From positions 19,975 to 83,974 of the forward strand of contig JAUZRK010000006.1 in NCBI GenBank assembly GCA_030950485.1: a stretch of DNA of 64,000 nucleotides, written 5' to 3'. Numbering within the stretch: position 1 is the stretch's first letter; the number at the start of each line of letters is the position of its first letter. This DNA comes from Candidatus Dojkabacteria bacterium. GTDB lineage: Bacteria > Patescibacteriota > Dojkabacteria > J137. A model generated the notes under the pieces. It searched no databases, was not told where the DNA came from, and saw only the letters and a program-made list of their open reading frames with translations. The translations under genes and the position numbers were made by a program. Positions 49,151 to 59,372 of this stretch are shown piece after piece.

Positions 49151-50281
49151 ATGACAGATAAAATAACTGAGTTGTTAAGAAGTTTAGTAGAAATTAGATC
49201 TAGCTATCCTAATGAGAAAGAATTAGCAGATTATATTTTTACATTTCTATCAAATCAAAATGATATATCAGTAGATAAACAAGTAGTTGGAGGAGATAGA
49301 TTTAATATTATTGCGACAAGAGGAACTGGGACTAAGTCTATAGCATTCTATGCTCATTTAGATACTATAAATGTAGTTGACGGATGGAAAAGAGACCCAT
49401 TCAAACTAACTATTGAAGGCGATAGAGCATATGGGCTTGGTAGTTACGATATGAAGGGAGGAATGGTAGCAAATATAATCACTTTCCTAGAAACTGATAT
49501 TCTAGAAGATTATTATTTTAAACTTATTCTTTGTGTTGATGAAGAATATATTTCTAAAGGTGGTTACGCTGTAGCAAATAGTGATTTTGTCAATGATGTT
49601 GAATGTATATTTTCACCGGAACCAGCTTTTAAATATGGTTTGAACGGAATTACAATTGGAAGAGTTGGTAGATCTGTATTTGAAATAGAATTAAATCGAG
49701 ATTCAGCTCATTACAACTTTTATTCGCCAGATAAAGATTTAAATATACTTGCTAGTAAAATAATTCAGAACATAAACTATGCTACTTATAATGAACAATC
49801 TAGTGATGAAAGGCAATTTGTCTATGTAAGAAATTATGTGAGTTCCTCAGTAGGTATGTCAGTTCCTCAAAAGGTACTGATTGAATTAGATTCATCAATT
49901 ATCCCTCCAATGAATACAGAGGAAATGATTAGTTTAATAGAGAATATTATTAAAACAGAAATTAGTAATTTTGATAGCTCAATTAATTATGAAGTTAGAG
50001 CAAAGAGTAGAGTAACTCCATTCCTACAACCATATAGAATTGAAAAGGATAATAACTATTTAGAAAAATTAAAAAGAGCTGTTAATAATATTACTGGAGA
50101 AGAAGCAAAGCCATATTTTAGGTCATCTGTTGGAGATGATAATATTTTTGGAGCGCTGGGACATACTCTTTTAGGTATAGGACCAACTGGAGATAATGCA
50201 CATGCTCCTGATGAATGGGTAAGTATTTCATCTATAGAAAAATTGATCGAAGTATATATTGAATTTTTAAATCAACTTTAA
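49151..50281 (+). CDS. M20 family metallopeptidase (ArgE/DapE-like).
   Basis: YAHLDTINVVDGWKRDPF metal-binding region. 376 aa. Confidence 0.65.
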   Translation: MTDKITELLRSLVEIRSSYPNEKELADYIFTFLSNQNDISVDKQVVGGDRFNIIATRGTGTKSIAFYAHLDTINVVDGWKRDPFKLTIEGDRAYGLGSYDMKGGMVANIITFLETDILEDYYFKLILCVDEEYISKGGYAVANSDFVNDVECIFSPEPAFKYGLNGITIGRVGRSVFEIELNRDSAHYNFYSPDKDLNILASKIIQNINYATYNEQSSDERQFVYVRNYVSSSVGMSVPQKVLIELDSSIIPPMNTEEMISLIENIIKTEISNFDSSINYEVRAKSRVTPFLQPYRIEKDNNYLEKLKRAVNNITGEEAKPYFRSSVGDDNIFGALGHTLLGIGPTGDNAHAPDEWVSISSIEKLIEVYIEFLNQL

Positions 50282-51332
50282 TGACATTAATTGAACTCTT
50301 AAAAGTCTTGCAAGTATTGATTCAGTATCTGGTGAAGAAAAAGAAATTTCTGATTTTGTAATTCAATATCTGACAAATCTAGGATTAAATCCAATTCAAG
50401 ATTCTAATGAAATGATCTATTGTAGAACTGGAAGCTCGAATCACCCAAAGTTATTCTGCGCACATCTAGATACTGTAGAACCAGGAAGAGGAGTTAGTAT
50501 AAAAGAAGAAGATGGTTATTTAGTTTCAGAAGGTAAAACCATTATTGCGGGAGATAATAAAGTTAATCTTGCTTGTATTTTATACTCTATAGGTAAGTTA
50601 ATTGAAGAAAATAAAGATGCTGATGTAGAACTTTTATTTAGTGTAAGAGAAGAAACAGATTCAGGTATTCAAGCAATAACTAGATCATTAATTTCTTCCA
50701 AAGTAGGTTTTGTTTATGATCTTGGAGGAGCTGGTAATTTCTCTGATGTTGTAATAAATGCGCCTACTATCTGGGATTTCAAAGTTGAAATAACTGGTAA
50801 ATCGAGTCATGGAGCTAGACCAGAAGAAGGTGTAAATGTTTTAGAAGGATTCTTAAATTTAAAAGGAAAATTAAAACTTGGAAGATTAGATAAATTTAGC
50901 ACTTTAAATATAGGAATCATCAGAGGTGGAGACGCTACGAATACAGTACCTGGGTTTTTAAAATTAGAAGGAGATATTCGAAGTACAGATTCTGAAATTT
51001 TTGAAGTTCATAAAAAAGAACTAGAAAAGACTTTAAAAAGTATAGAGAAAAATAACAATCTTAAAGTAAATTTAATATGGATTCCATATGCTTACGGATA
51101 TAGTTTAGACCTAGATTCTCAAAACTATAATAAACTTAAGCAGTTATACAAAGATGAATTTAATATCTCATTAAATAATAAAACTGTCACTTCTGGTAGT
51201 GATGCCGGATTCTTAAATTATATAGGTGTTGAAACATTTTGCTTAGGCTACTGTGTAGAAAACTCCCACTCTGTAAATGAAAGAATTAGAATATCTGATT
51301 TCACAAAACTCCAACAAATTGTGAAAAGTTAA
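50281..51332 (+). CDS. Second M20 family peptidase. The N-terminal 8 codons are in a different frame (single -1 shift near 50296-50305).
   Basis: ATG 50281 (overlapping the preceding stop, TAATG) gives MTLIELLK in frame 1. The conserved M20 N-terminus ...SLASIDSVSGEEKEISDFVIQYL continues in frame 0, which is open only from 50295 and has no start until the track's ATG at 50412. CAHLDTVEPG metal-binding motif. Confidence 0.55.
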
Positions 51333-51564
51333 TGTTGGACTACTAAACTATTTTATTAATAGCTTCATTGATGATAAAATCTGTCTGTGAAAACGACAAA
51401 TGTTAAAAAGAAGTCAAAGCTTATATAAGGTCTTTAGAAAGATTTTTAATTTGACGATTTCTAAAGACTCTAAATTATAAAGGAGTCTTTTTTATTACAA
51501 AACTTTTATAGATTCTAGTTACTAGTCTCTAAACTTAAATACAAAATACTTTATACTAAATTAT

Positions 51565-53589
51565 ATGACAGACGAACATTCATCAGATCTAATAGGACAA
51601 AGACAATTTAGACTCGAAAAAGTAAAAAAACTTAGAGATATGGGAATTGATCCATTCCCATCAGTTGCTAGAAAAACTCATACTAATTCTCAAATCACAG
51701 ATGAATTTGAAGATTTAGAAGGTAAAGAAGTAACAGTAATCGGAAGACTAGAAAATTTAAGAGAACATGGAAAATTAAAATTTGGCGTTATCAGAGATCA
51801 GTCTGGAGAAATACAACTCTATATTAAAACTGATGAACTAAAAGATACTGATATAAATGATCAAAGACTTGGTTTTGATCATTTAAATTTAATTGATATC
51901 GGTGATTTTGTACTAGCAAGTGGAATTGTAACAAAAACTCAGAAAGGAGAAATATCAGTAATGCCCCATACAATAAAAATAGCTACTAAATCTATTAGGC
52001 CACTTCCAAATGACATGGAAGATAAAGAAGAAAGGTTTAGAAGAAGGTATGTAGATATGAACGTACATCCGGAAGTTCGAAAAATGTTTGAGAGAAGAGC
52101 AAAATTCTGGGAAGCTCATCGTGAGTTCTTAAACAAACAGGATTTTTTTGAAGTAAATATTCCTGTTTTAGAACATGTGCCAGGAGGAGGAGATGCTGTT
52201 CCGTTTACTACACATATGAATGCAATCCATGAAGATTTCTTTTTAAGAATTTCTCATGAGTTACCTTTAAAAAAATTAACCGGTGCAGGATTTGATAAAG
52301 TCTATGATATTGGAGCAAGATTTAGAAATGAAGGATTATCGGATGAGCATTTATCAGAACATATTGCTATGGAGTTTTATTGGGCATATGCTAACTGGGA
52401 AGATGGGATGAAATTTGTTCAAGATATGTTTAATTACGTAATTGATAAAACTTATAATGGACAGAAAAAATTCAGTATTCGAGGTTTTGACGTTGAATTT
52501 GGAAATGAATGGGAAAGAATTGATTTCAATGAAATTTTAAATAAACATTTTGATATTGGAAATGTTTACGAAGTAGATCTAGAAACTGTAATAAAATTAC
52601 TTACTGAAAATAACATAGAATTTGATCCAAAAACTATAAATATTCCAAGAGGAGTAGATTCACTATGGAAACAGATTAGAAAAACAATAGCTGGACCTGC
52701 ATTCTTAGTAAATCATCCAAAATACTTATCACCTCTACAAAAACCAAGTAAAGAGAATCCAAACATTGTAGAAAGATGTCAGCCAATTATTGCTGGAAGT
52801 GAATTAGGTAACGGTTGGAGTGAGTTAAATGATCCGGTAGAGCAATATGAACGATTCGTAGAACAGCAAGAGATGAGAGATGCTGGAGATGATGAGGCGC
52901 AATGGCTAGATATCGATTATGTTGAAATGCTTGAATACGGAATGCCTCCTACTTTCGGTTGGGGACATAGTGAAAGAGTCTTCTGGTTTTTAGAAGATGT
53001 AACAGCGAAAGAGGGAGTTCCATTCCCAGCAATGAAATTTCATGTTGATGAGTTAACTAAAAAAATATATTCAGAAATTGATTTTGATAGTTTGAGAGGA
53101 GAAATAGAAGAAGCTGAAAGCGAGAATAGCCATTCTCGCCCTCAAAATGCTTCTATCTCAAAATCTAAAGGCCAAGATTACGATAACAGAATTGCGATTA
53201 TCGTAAACAGAGATCTAGAAAACTGGCAAATAGCAAACACAGTAGCTCATGTATCAGCTTATCTTGGACATAAACTAGATGAGAAATTCGCTACAGGAGA
53301 AAACTTTGTAACTAAAGATGGTAAGAATCATCCTAGAAATTCTCAATATCCAATAATGATATTCGCAGCTAAACCAGGCCAGATGAGTAATTTAATAGCA
53401 AGTGTACGTGAGTCTGGAAACCTTTATCATGGTTTCATTAAAGAAATGATTGATACGACTGATGATAAAGAGATCACTGAAATATTAGAGAAAAAAGATG
53501 ATTCAGAAATTGAGTATTTGGGAGTTGGAATTTATGGTTCAAATGAAGAGCTTAAAAAAATAACTAATAAATTTAAACTGTGGAGTTAG
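51565..53589 (+). CDS. lysS: Lysine--tRNA ligase (class II) fused to a C-terminal ~170-aa DUF2000/PTH2-like domain.
   Basis: OB anticodon-binding domain and class-II motifs (FRNEGLSDEHLSEH..EFYWAY). The C-terminal extension IAIIVNRDLENWQIANTVAHVSAYLG...GVGIYGSNEELKKITNKFKLW fits the DUF2000 / peptidyl-tRNA hydrolase-2-like pattern. Confidence 0.8.
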   Translation: MTDEHSSDLIGQRQFRLEKVKKLRDMGIDPFPSVARKTHTNSQITDEFEDLEGKEVTVIGRLENLREHGKLKFGVIRDQSGEIQLYIKTDELKDTDINDQRLGFDHLNLIDIGDFVLASGIVTKTQKGEISVMPHTIKIATKSIRPLPNDMEDKEERFRRRYVDMNVHPEVRKMFERRAKFWEAHREFLNKQDFFEVNIPVLEHVPGGGDAVPFTTHMNAIHEDFFLRISHELPLKKLTGAGFDKVYDIGARFRNEGLSDEHLSEHIAMEFYWAYANWEDGMKFVQDMFNYVIDKTYNGQKKFSIRGFDVEFGNEWERIDFNEILNKHFDIGNVYEVDLETVIKLLTENNIEFDPKTINIPRGVDSLWKQIRKTIAGPAFLVNHPKYLSPLQKPSKENPNIVERCQPIIAGSELGNGWSELNDPVEQYERFVEQQEMRDAGDDEAQWLDIDYVEMLEYGMPPTFGWGHSERVFWFLEDVTAKEGVPFPAMKFHVDELTKKIYSEIDFDSLRGEIEEAESENSHSRPQNASISKSKGQDYDNRIAIIVNRDLENWQIANTVAHVSAYLGHKLDEKFATGENFVTKDGKNHPRNSQYPIMIFAAKPGQMSNLIASVRESGNLYHGFIKEMIDTTDDKEITEILEKKDDSEIEYLGVGIYGSNEELKKITNKFKLWS

Positions 53590-53621
53590 TAATAAAATAA
53601 ATCATTATTAAATTTAAACTT

Positions 53622-54290
53622 ATGGATAAAAGCGTAATTTTAGTAGCATTAATAGTAGTAACAGTATCAATCTTAGGAGGTGTCAAAGTTTTAGATGTTA
53701 TAGAAAACAATGATAATTCTGCTGAAGAAACAGAACTTATCGAGATAGAAGCAACGGAACCCTTATTACTAGATGAATCAGAAGTTGTACCATTCTTAAA
53801 TGACACAGAAGAATCCATGAAAAATTTTGACGGAGTAGTTAAATCTATTCAGGTTAATGGAGAAATAGAGACTTTTGTAGAATATGATCTTATTAGTAAA
53901 GTTGGTAAAGTTGAAAGTGAAAGTTCAGAAGTTTATGTAACTGAAACTGAAGTTTTTACTAAAGAGCTGGAAAGCGATTGGGTAATAACAGAAACTAATG
54001 AAGAGCAGACATTAAGCTTTTTTGAAAGACCTTATAAAATCTTTAATGAATCATTTAGCTACAAGTACTTAGAAACTGGAGAATGTCCGCTAGAAATTAG
54101 CTTGGAGTGTGTTCACATTGAAGGTAGTACAGAGGAGGAAATTATCGATTATTATATTAGATCAGAAAGTAAGCGTTTAGAAGTTCTAGAAGTTAAAGAT
54201 GCTGGGATTATAAAAGAATACAGGTACAGTTCTGGAGAGGCTTTAAGCTTACCTGAAGAATTAGTAGTAGTTAATGATGAGCAATTATAA
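53622..54290 (+). CDS. Hypothetical membrane-anchored acidic protein.
   Basis: 222 aa. N-terminal TM (ILVALIVVTVSILGGV) followed by an E-rich region. Confidence 0.4.
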   Translation: MDKSVILVALIVVTVSILGGVKVLDVIENNDNSAEETELIEIEATEPLLLDESEVVPFLNDTEESMKNFDGVVKSIQVNGEIETFVEYDLISKVGKVESESSEVYVTETEVFTKELESDWVITETNEEQTLSFFERPYKIFNESFSYKYLETGECPLEISLECVHIEGSTEEEIIDYYIRSESKRLEVLEVKDAGIIKEYRYSSGEALSLPEELVVVNDEQL

Positions 54291-54306
54291 TTATTAAAAA
54301 AGTCGT

Positions 54307-54894
54307 ATGGAAATAACCAAGGAAATAATTGATGACGCATTGATAAAATTAAATAATCATGTAAAGGAACCTTACCAGATCCTTCATTCAAAGATGGTTG
54401 CATTAGCTATGCAAGTGTGGGCAAAAGAACTTGGTGAAGATGAGAGCCTTTGGTATTTAACTGGTTTAGTCCATGATATTGACTATTATGAACATCCAGA
54501 ACAACATCCTGCAATTTCTCTAGACTGGTTTAGAGAATGGGGATATCCTGAAGATTTAATACATGCTGTTGAAGCTCATGCTTTTAAATATAATGGGTTT
54601 GAAAAAGAGCCAGAAAATATGATGGCTGCAGCTTTAATTTCTTGCGATGAATTATCAGGATTTCTTTATGCTTATAGTTTAATGAGACCAACAAACTTTG
54701 ATGGGATGGAGGCAAAAGGAGTTAAGAAAAGACTTAAAGATCTAAATTTCGCTGCAAAGATTAGTAGAGATGATATTAATTATGGAGTTGAAAAATTCGC
54801 TGAGTTTAGCGGAGGTAGAGTAGATAAAGATAAGCATATTTCACTTTTAATCAGTGTTTTTAGTGAAATGCAAGAACTAAAAGAATTAGCCTAA
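54307..54894 (+). CDS. HD-domain phosphohydrolase.
   Basis: H...HD motif (LHSKMVAL...GLVHDIDY). 195 aa. Confidence 0.6.
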   Translation: MEITKEIIDDALIKLNNHVKEPYQILHSKMVALAMQVWAKELGEDESLWYLTGLVHDIDYYEHPEQHPAISLDWFREWGYPEDLIHAVEAHAFKYNGFEKEPENMMAAALISCDELSGFLYAYSLMRPTNFDGMEAKGVKKRLKDLNFAAKISRDDINYGVEKFAEFSGGRVDKDKHISLLISVFSEMQELKELA

Positions 54895-54939
54895 TAATAA
54901 TAATAATAATCACCCCTTGAGGGGAGGCTAGGAGGGGTG
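54895..54939. repeat. (AAT)6 microsatellite followed by an 8-bp-stem inverted repeat TCACCCCT...AGGGGTGA, with an SD-like AGGAGGGG.
   Basis: Read directly in the 54894/54955 intergenic region. Confidence 0.7.
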
Positions 54940-55287
54940 ATCACACAAAACTTTATGGCTAAAACTATCAAATTCTCCACAGAACTTACAAAACTCGTCA
55001 AAGAAGGAACTAAAACAGCTACATTTAGAATACTAGATGATAAAGACTTACAAACTGGTGATAAAGTAATATTTGCAGAGAGAGATGGAGAGAGAGTCAC
55101 TGAGTTTGGAGAAGGAGAATTATTAGAAGTTTATACAAAGGCGTATAAAGACTTAAATAGAGCTGATTGGGTTGGACATGAGCATTATGATGATTTATTA
55201 GAAGTGTTTAAGAAATTTTATGGAGATTCGATTGATAAAGAAGTACTGGTCAAAGTTGTTAGGTTTAAGATTAATAAGTTTTATTAA
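54937..55287 (+). CDS. ASCH/PUA-like small domain protein. The real start is probably ATG 54955.
   Basis: ~110-aa beta-barrel-like pattern (GTKTATFRILDD...GDKVIFAE). The GTG at 54937 abuts the hairpin. Confidence 0.4.
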   Translation: MITQNFMAKTIKFSTELTKLVKEGTKTATFRILDDKDLQTGDKVIFAERDGERVTEFGEGELLEVYTKAYKDLNRADWVGHEHYDDLLEVFKKFYGDSIDKEVLVKVVRFKINKFY

Positions 55288-55374
55288 ATCATTAGTCTAT
55301 CAGGTTTCAATGAATAAGTTGTCATTGACTGACAGATAAACTCAATAATATAATCAGTATATATACTTTTTTCT

Positions 55375-55650
55375 ATGAGTGAAGCTATAGTTCCTGATAC
55401 ATACGGCGAAACAAATGATGTCCTTATCGTTTGTAATATTCCAGGACAACTTTTGGATGATAAATGGAATCAAAAATGCGCTGAGCTCGGACTATACCCG
55501 ATAATACCTTTGGATGACATAAATAATGAAACCACTGCTACTTTACATCCAGATAGAATTAATAGGGTTAGAGCGAGAAATAGACAAAGTAATAGACGGA
55601 CTGGTGTAGATCATAAAGCATGGCGAATTTCAGAAACTCAAGAGCAATAG
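55375..55650 (+). CDS. Hypothetical small protein.
   Basis: 91-aa ORF. Confidence 0.3.
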   Translation: MSEAIVPDTYGETNDVLIVCNIPGQLLDDKWNQKCAELGLYPIIPLDDINNETTATLHPDRINRVRARNRQSNRRTGVDHKAWRISETQEQ

Positions 55651-55865
55651 ATTATAAATACAAGAATTTTGTTTTCAATATCTTAGGTTTTAAGTCTGGC
55701 TTAAATACAACTTCCAAAAAATAAGAATCTCTTAGATCAAAGTCAATTCACTACCCTAAATTTCTACAACTGTTACCACTACTGAAAAGTATATCTATGT
55801 TTATGTTTGATAATTTGAATCATATCAAGCTTAATATTTGCAATATATTCATGATATAATTAGTT

Positions 55866-56363
55866 ATGGATAATCATAATGAAAATCTAGAAATTAACAT
55901 TGAATATCTGGAAGGTTTTCAGAGTGATGTAAATCGACTTCATGAAAAAAGAAGAGAGGCGTTTGAAGTTGTTGTGCAAGATGCAAAAAGTAGTAAAAGC
56001 AAGACAACTGAGTTCTCAATCTACGAAATACTTTATTATACGAAAATTGAAACTAGAGAAGTGGCTAGTATAAATGGAGCACTAAAAATAATCGACCCGA
56101 TGATATGGATGGGGCCTGCTAGAGTAGAGCTTAGTAGATTCTTAGAGTTTACCGAACAATTCACAGTTGGATTAGAGTTAGGTATGGATGATTTTTATAA
56201 ATATATTGAAGTGAGTGATGGATTTACTTGGAAAATTGTAAACATCTTCTTGGAGAAAATAATTGAGCTCACACCAGAAAGTGCTGCAGGAGGATTTAAT
56301 GGACCAAGAAAGAGGTGTCCTGCTTCAATAGCTCCACAGGTTTTAAAGACTATTTTTATTTAA
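55866..56363 (+). CDS. Hypothetical protein.
   Basis: 165-aa ORF. Confidence 0.3.
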   Translation: MDNHNENLEINIEYLEGFQSDVNRLHEKRREAFEVVVQDAKSSKSKTTEFSIYEILYYTKIETREVASINGALKIIDPMIWMGPARVELSRFLEFTEQFTVGLELGMDDFYKYIEVSDGFTWKIVNIFLEKIIELTPESAAGGFNGPRKRCPASIAPQVLKTIFI

Positions 56364-56515
56364 TGCTCAAAGACTGTGCTTTTATGAATATAGAACTTAA
56401 TAAATCAGAGTTAGTTGAGCCGTCGATAAGTTTATATGATAGGAGTGGATTTGAGATTTCTAAGTTAAGAGTATAAAACACCATCTTGTGTTTTCTCTAT
56501 ATACATTATACATGA

Positions 56516-58372
56516 TTGACACATGTTTTTGTATATTGTAAAAATATATTACTACTATATAATAAAGACAACCTTATCTTTTATATTTTATATATGCATC
56601 GACTCTCTGCATTTATATCAAATGGTACTTGGGCTCTTAGCTTTTTCTGGAAGTATTCAAGAAAAGTAACCTTAGTAAATATAATATTCAATTCTATTTC
56701 AAGCTTATCAACCTTAATAAATGCCTTTATCATTAGTAAATTAATAGATGAAACAATCTATATAATTGAGAATAATGAAGAGCCTAATAAAGCCTTTGGG
56801 TTAATTGCACTAATATGTACAATTCTAATTGTCCTTAAGATTATCAGCTCAATAAATGACTATTATTCTAAGTATTTAGATGAGGTTGTTAGATATTATC
56901 CAAAGCAATTAATGTATGAAAAGCTGAACAAATTATCAGTTGCAGAGCTAGAAAAACCCGAATTAAATAATAAGATTAATAGATTCCAGGAATCAATATA
57001 TTCAATTAAAGTATATTTTGACCTAGTCATAGGATTTTTTTCAGAAGCCACACTTCTCTTATTATCATTCATCTCAGTGATTTATATACTTCCTATTCAC
57101 ATTGCTCTATCAGTACTATTGGTTGTTCCTACAATATTAATATCAAATAAAAACTTAAAAAAGTTACATAAACATAGAGTCAATTCAACGGAAGAAAGAA
57201 GAAAGGTTAATATGCTGACTAATTTTATGTTGGAAACAGAAAGATTTACAGAAATTAGATTAAGTAATTCATACGAATTTATAAAAGATCAGTTTGAAAG
57301 TTTTAACAAATGGTCAATTAAAGAGGTATTCAGTATTCGAAAGGACTGGTTTATAAAATTATATTTCTTTGAAGTTTTACAAATATTGATATTTTTATAT
57401 CAATTGATAATGCTTGGATCTAATGGAGAAATATCTACAGGACAGATTGCCTTTATTTATAGTACTTTTACCTTAGTTGCTTTAAATCTAAAAAGAATAG
57501 TAAATACTGTTACAAATATAAATGATTTTAATAACAGACATTCAGATATAAGAGATGTTTTCGATTGGAAAGAAGATAATATTAATTCAGGAATCATATT
57601 AGAAGATACAAAACTGCCTCCAAAACTTATACTTAGAAACGTTGAATTTCAATATTCTAAAGCAAATGAGCCAACACTAAAGAATATAAACCTTGAAATC
57701 AATCCTGGAGAGAAGATAGCAATTGTCGGTCACAATGGAGCAGGAAAAACAACTTTGGTGAAACTGATTTCTAAAATATATCCTGCGACTAAAGGACAAA
57801 TCTTAATAGATGGATCAAATTTAAATGAGATTAATTCCGAAAGCTGGAATAGACAATTAGGAATTCTATTTCAGACATACAATAACTATGGTCCTCTAAC
57901 GGCAAAAGAGAATATTGCAATTGGTGATATTCATAAGCCTTTTGATGAAGGTTCTTTAAAAGATGCAGCTTTAAAGGCAGATGCATTAGATTTTATTAAT
58001 AAATACCCTAATAAGTTTGATCAAGTATTAAGTGAGAAGTATAAAAATGGAATCAGACCTTCAACTGGTCAATGGCAAAAAATTGCAATTGCTAGATTTT
58101 TCTATCGAAACGCACCTGTTTTAATATTAGATGAACCAACAGCTTCAATTGACGCTGAGGCTGAGGAAAAAATCTTTAATAGAATTTATGAATTCATTGA
58201 AAATAAAACTGTAATTATTATTTCTCATAGGTTTTCTACAGTTAGAAAAGCCGATCGGATTGTAGTTTTAGATCAAAGTGAAATTGTAGAGCAGGGGAGT
58301 CATAAGGAACTAATGGAGCTTAATGGTAAGTATAAAAAGTTGTTTGAGCTGCAGGCGAGGAGTTATAGTTAA
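56516..58372 (+). CDS. ABC exporter, fused permease + ATPase (MsbA/type-I exporter architecture). The start is possibly ATG 56594.
   Basis: 6 TM N-terminal half. Walker A GHNGAGKTT, signature STGQWQKIAIAR, Walker B VLILDEPTAS, H-loop ISHR. Confidence 0.75.
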   Translation: MTHVFVYCKNILLLYNKDNLIFYILYMHRLSAFISNGTWALSFFWKYSRKVTLVNIIFNSISSLSTLINAFIISKLIDETIYIIENNEEPNKAFGLIALICTILIVLKIISSINDYYSKYLDEVVRYYPKQLMYEKLNKLSVAELEKPELNNKINRFQESIYSIKVYFDLVIGFFSEATLLLLSFISVIYILPIHIALSVLLVVPTILISNKNLKKLHKHRVNSTEERRKVNMLTNFMLETERFTEIRLSNSYEFIKDQFESFNKWSIKEVFSIRKDWFIKLYFFEVLQILIFLYQLIMLGSNGEISTGQIAFIYSTFTLVALNLKRIVNTVTNINDFNNRHSDIRDVFDWKEDNINSGIILEDTKLPPKLILRNVEFQYSKANEPTLKNINLEINPGEKIAIVGHNGAGKTTLVKLISKIYPATKGQILIDGSNLNEINSESWNRQLGILFQTYNNYGPLTAKENIAIGDIHKPFDEGSLKDAALKADALDFINKYPNKFDQVLSEKYKNGIRPSTGQWQKIAIARFFYRNAPVLILDEPTASIDAEAEEKIFNRIYEFIENKTVIIISHRFSTVRKADRIVVLDQSEIVEQGSHKELMELNGKYKKLFELQARSYS

Positions 58373-58380
58373 AAAATATA

Positions 58381-59020
58381 CTAACCACAGAGTTACACGG
58401 AGAAAGGCACACAGAGTTTAATCCAAACCTGCCTTTATACTCTGTGTTTACTCTGTGGTTCTCTGTGGTTAATTTGCATTTTTATTCACAAAGCATACCT
58501 CCTAATCCCAGTTTTCAAACTAACAACATTAAAATTCATCAAATACCCAATTCTCTTTCCTGATAACTTTAGATATGTCAAAAGTTGAGCTGTATGTATA
58601 TCACTTAAACTCTCGACGGCTTTCAGTTCTATTATTACTTTATCTTCTACAACTAAATCTAATCGATAACCACAATCTAATTTCACATTTTTGTAAATAA
58701 CTGGAAGTGCTGTTTGAGATTCTACATTTAAATCTAATGCTCTTAATTCATAGAATAAACAAGCTTCGTATGTAGATTCTAATAATCCTGGCCCTAAATA
58801 CGTATGAACATTAAAAGCTGCTTTTAGAATTAGATTTGTTAAGTCTTTGTATAAAAAATTATTTGTCATCACTAATGATATCTTTAAACATCAAGTTCAG
58901 ACAATGTGTTGCTATACAAATTCCAGAAGAAATTCTAACCACAGAGTTACACAGAGAAAGGCACACAGAGTTTGATCAAAGTTTGTCTTTATACTCTGTG
59001 GATCTCTGTGGTTTAATTTA
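58381..59020. mobile_element. ~640-bp cassette: a GxxExxY-family gene flanked by two ~90-bp direct repeats (58381-58473 and 58934-59020, ~85% identical), each containing nested inverted repeats.
   Basis: Both copies begin CTAACCACAGAGTTACAC(A/G)GAGAAAGGCACACAGAGTTT. Within a copy, AACCACAGAG pairs with CTCTGTGGTT and CACAGAGT with ACTCTGTG. The right end of copy A has a duplicated CTCTGTGGTT. Confidence 0.55.
58486..58872 (-). CDS. GxxExxY-family protein (PD-(D/E)xK nuclease superfamily fold).
   Basis: 128 aa. LGPGLLESTYEACL contains the G-x-x-E-x-x-Y signature. Conserved D...ExK-like core (RLDLVVEDKVIIELK). Confidence 0.7.
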   Translation of the reverse strand: MMTNNFLYKDLTNLILKAAFNVHTYLGPGLLESTYEACLFYELRALDLNVESQTALPVIYKNVKLDCGYRLDLVVEDKVIIELKAVESLSDIHTAQLLTYLKLSGKRIGYLMNFNVVSLKTGIRRYAL

Positions 59021-59318
59021 CCTTTTTAAGCAGACCAGAATCCTTTAGCGTAAACCTTTCTGTTTTAAAAATATCCTTTAAATCTAAGTTAGTAAAACTA
59101 CATATCTTATCTAGTTTGAATTCCAAGATAATAGTTTCTGTTCTTTTTATGTTTAACTCAGAACAGACATTAATTGTAAGCTTATCTAATACTTCTATTC
59201 CAATATTATCGAAAAGACATTCAGTATTAGAATCTCCTCGGCACGACTCTCCACTATATTGAGATTCTAGATATTGGTAGTCATAAGTAACTTTATTATC
59301 AAGCTTACTGCATTTCAC
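59013..59318 (-). CDS. Hypothetical protein.
   Basis: 101-aa ORF. Its stop lies inside the right repeat of the cassette. Confidence 0.3.
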   Translation of the reverse strand: MKCSKLDNKVTYDYQYLESQYSGESCRGDSNTECLFDNIGIEVLDKLTINVCSELNIKRTETIILEFKLDKICSFTNLDLKDIFKTERFTLKDSGLLKKVN

Positions 59319-59372
59319 AATATAGAGTGTAGTAAAGTCGCCTGATCCTTGATTAACAAAGGGTATTGTACA

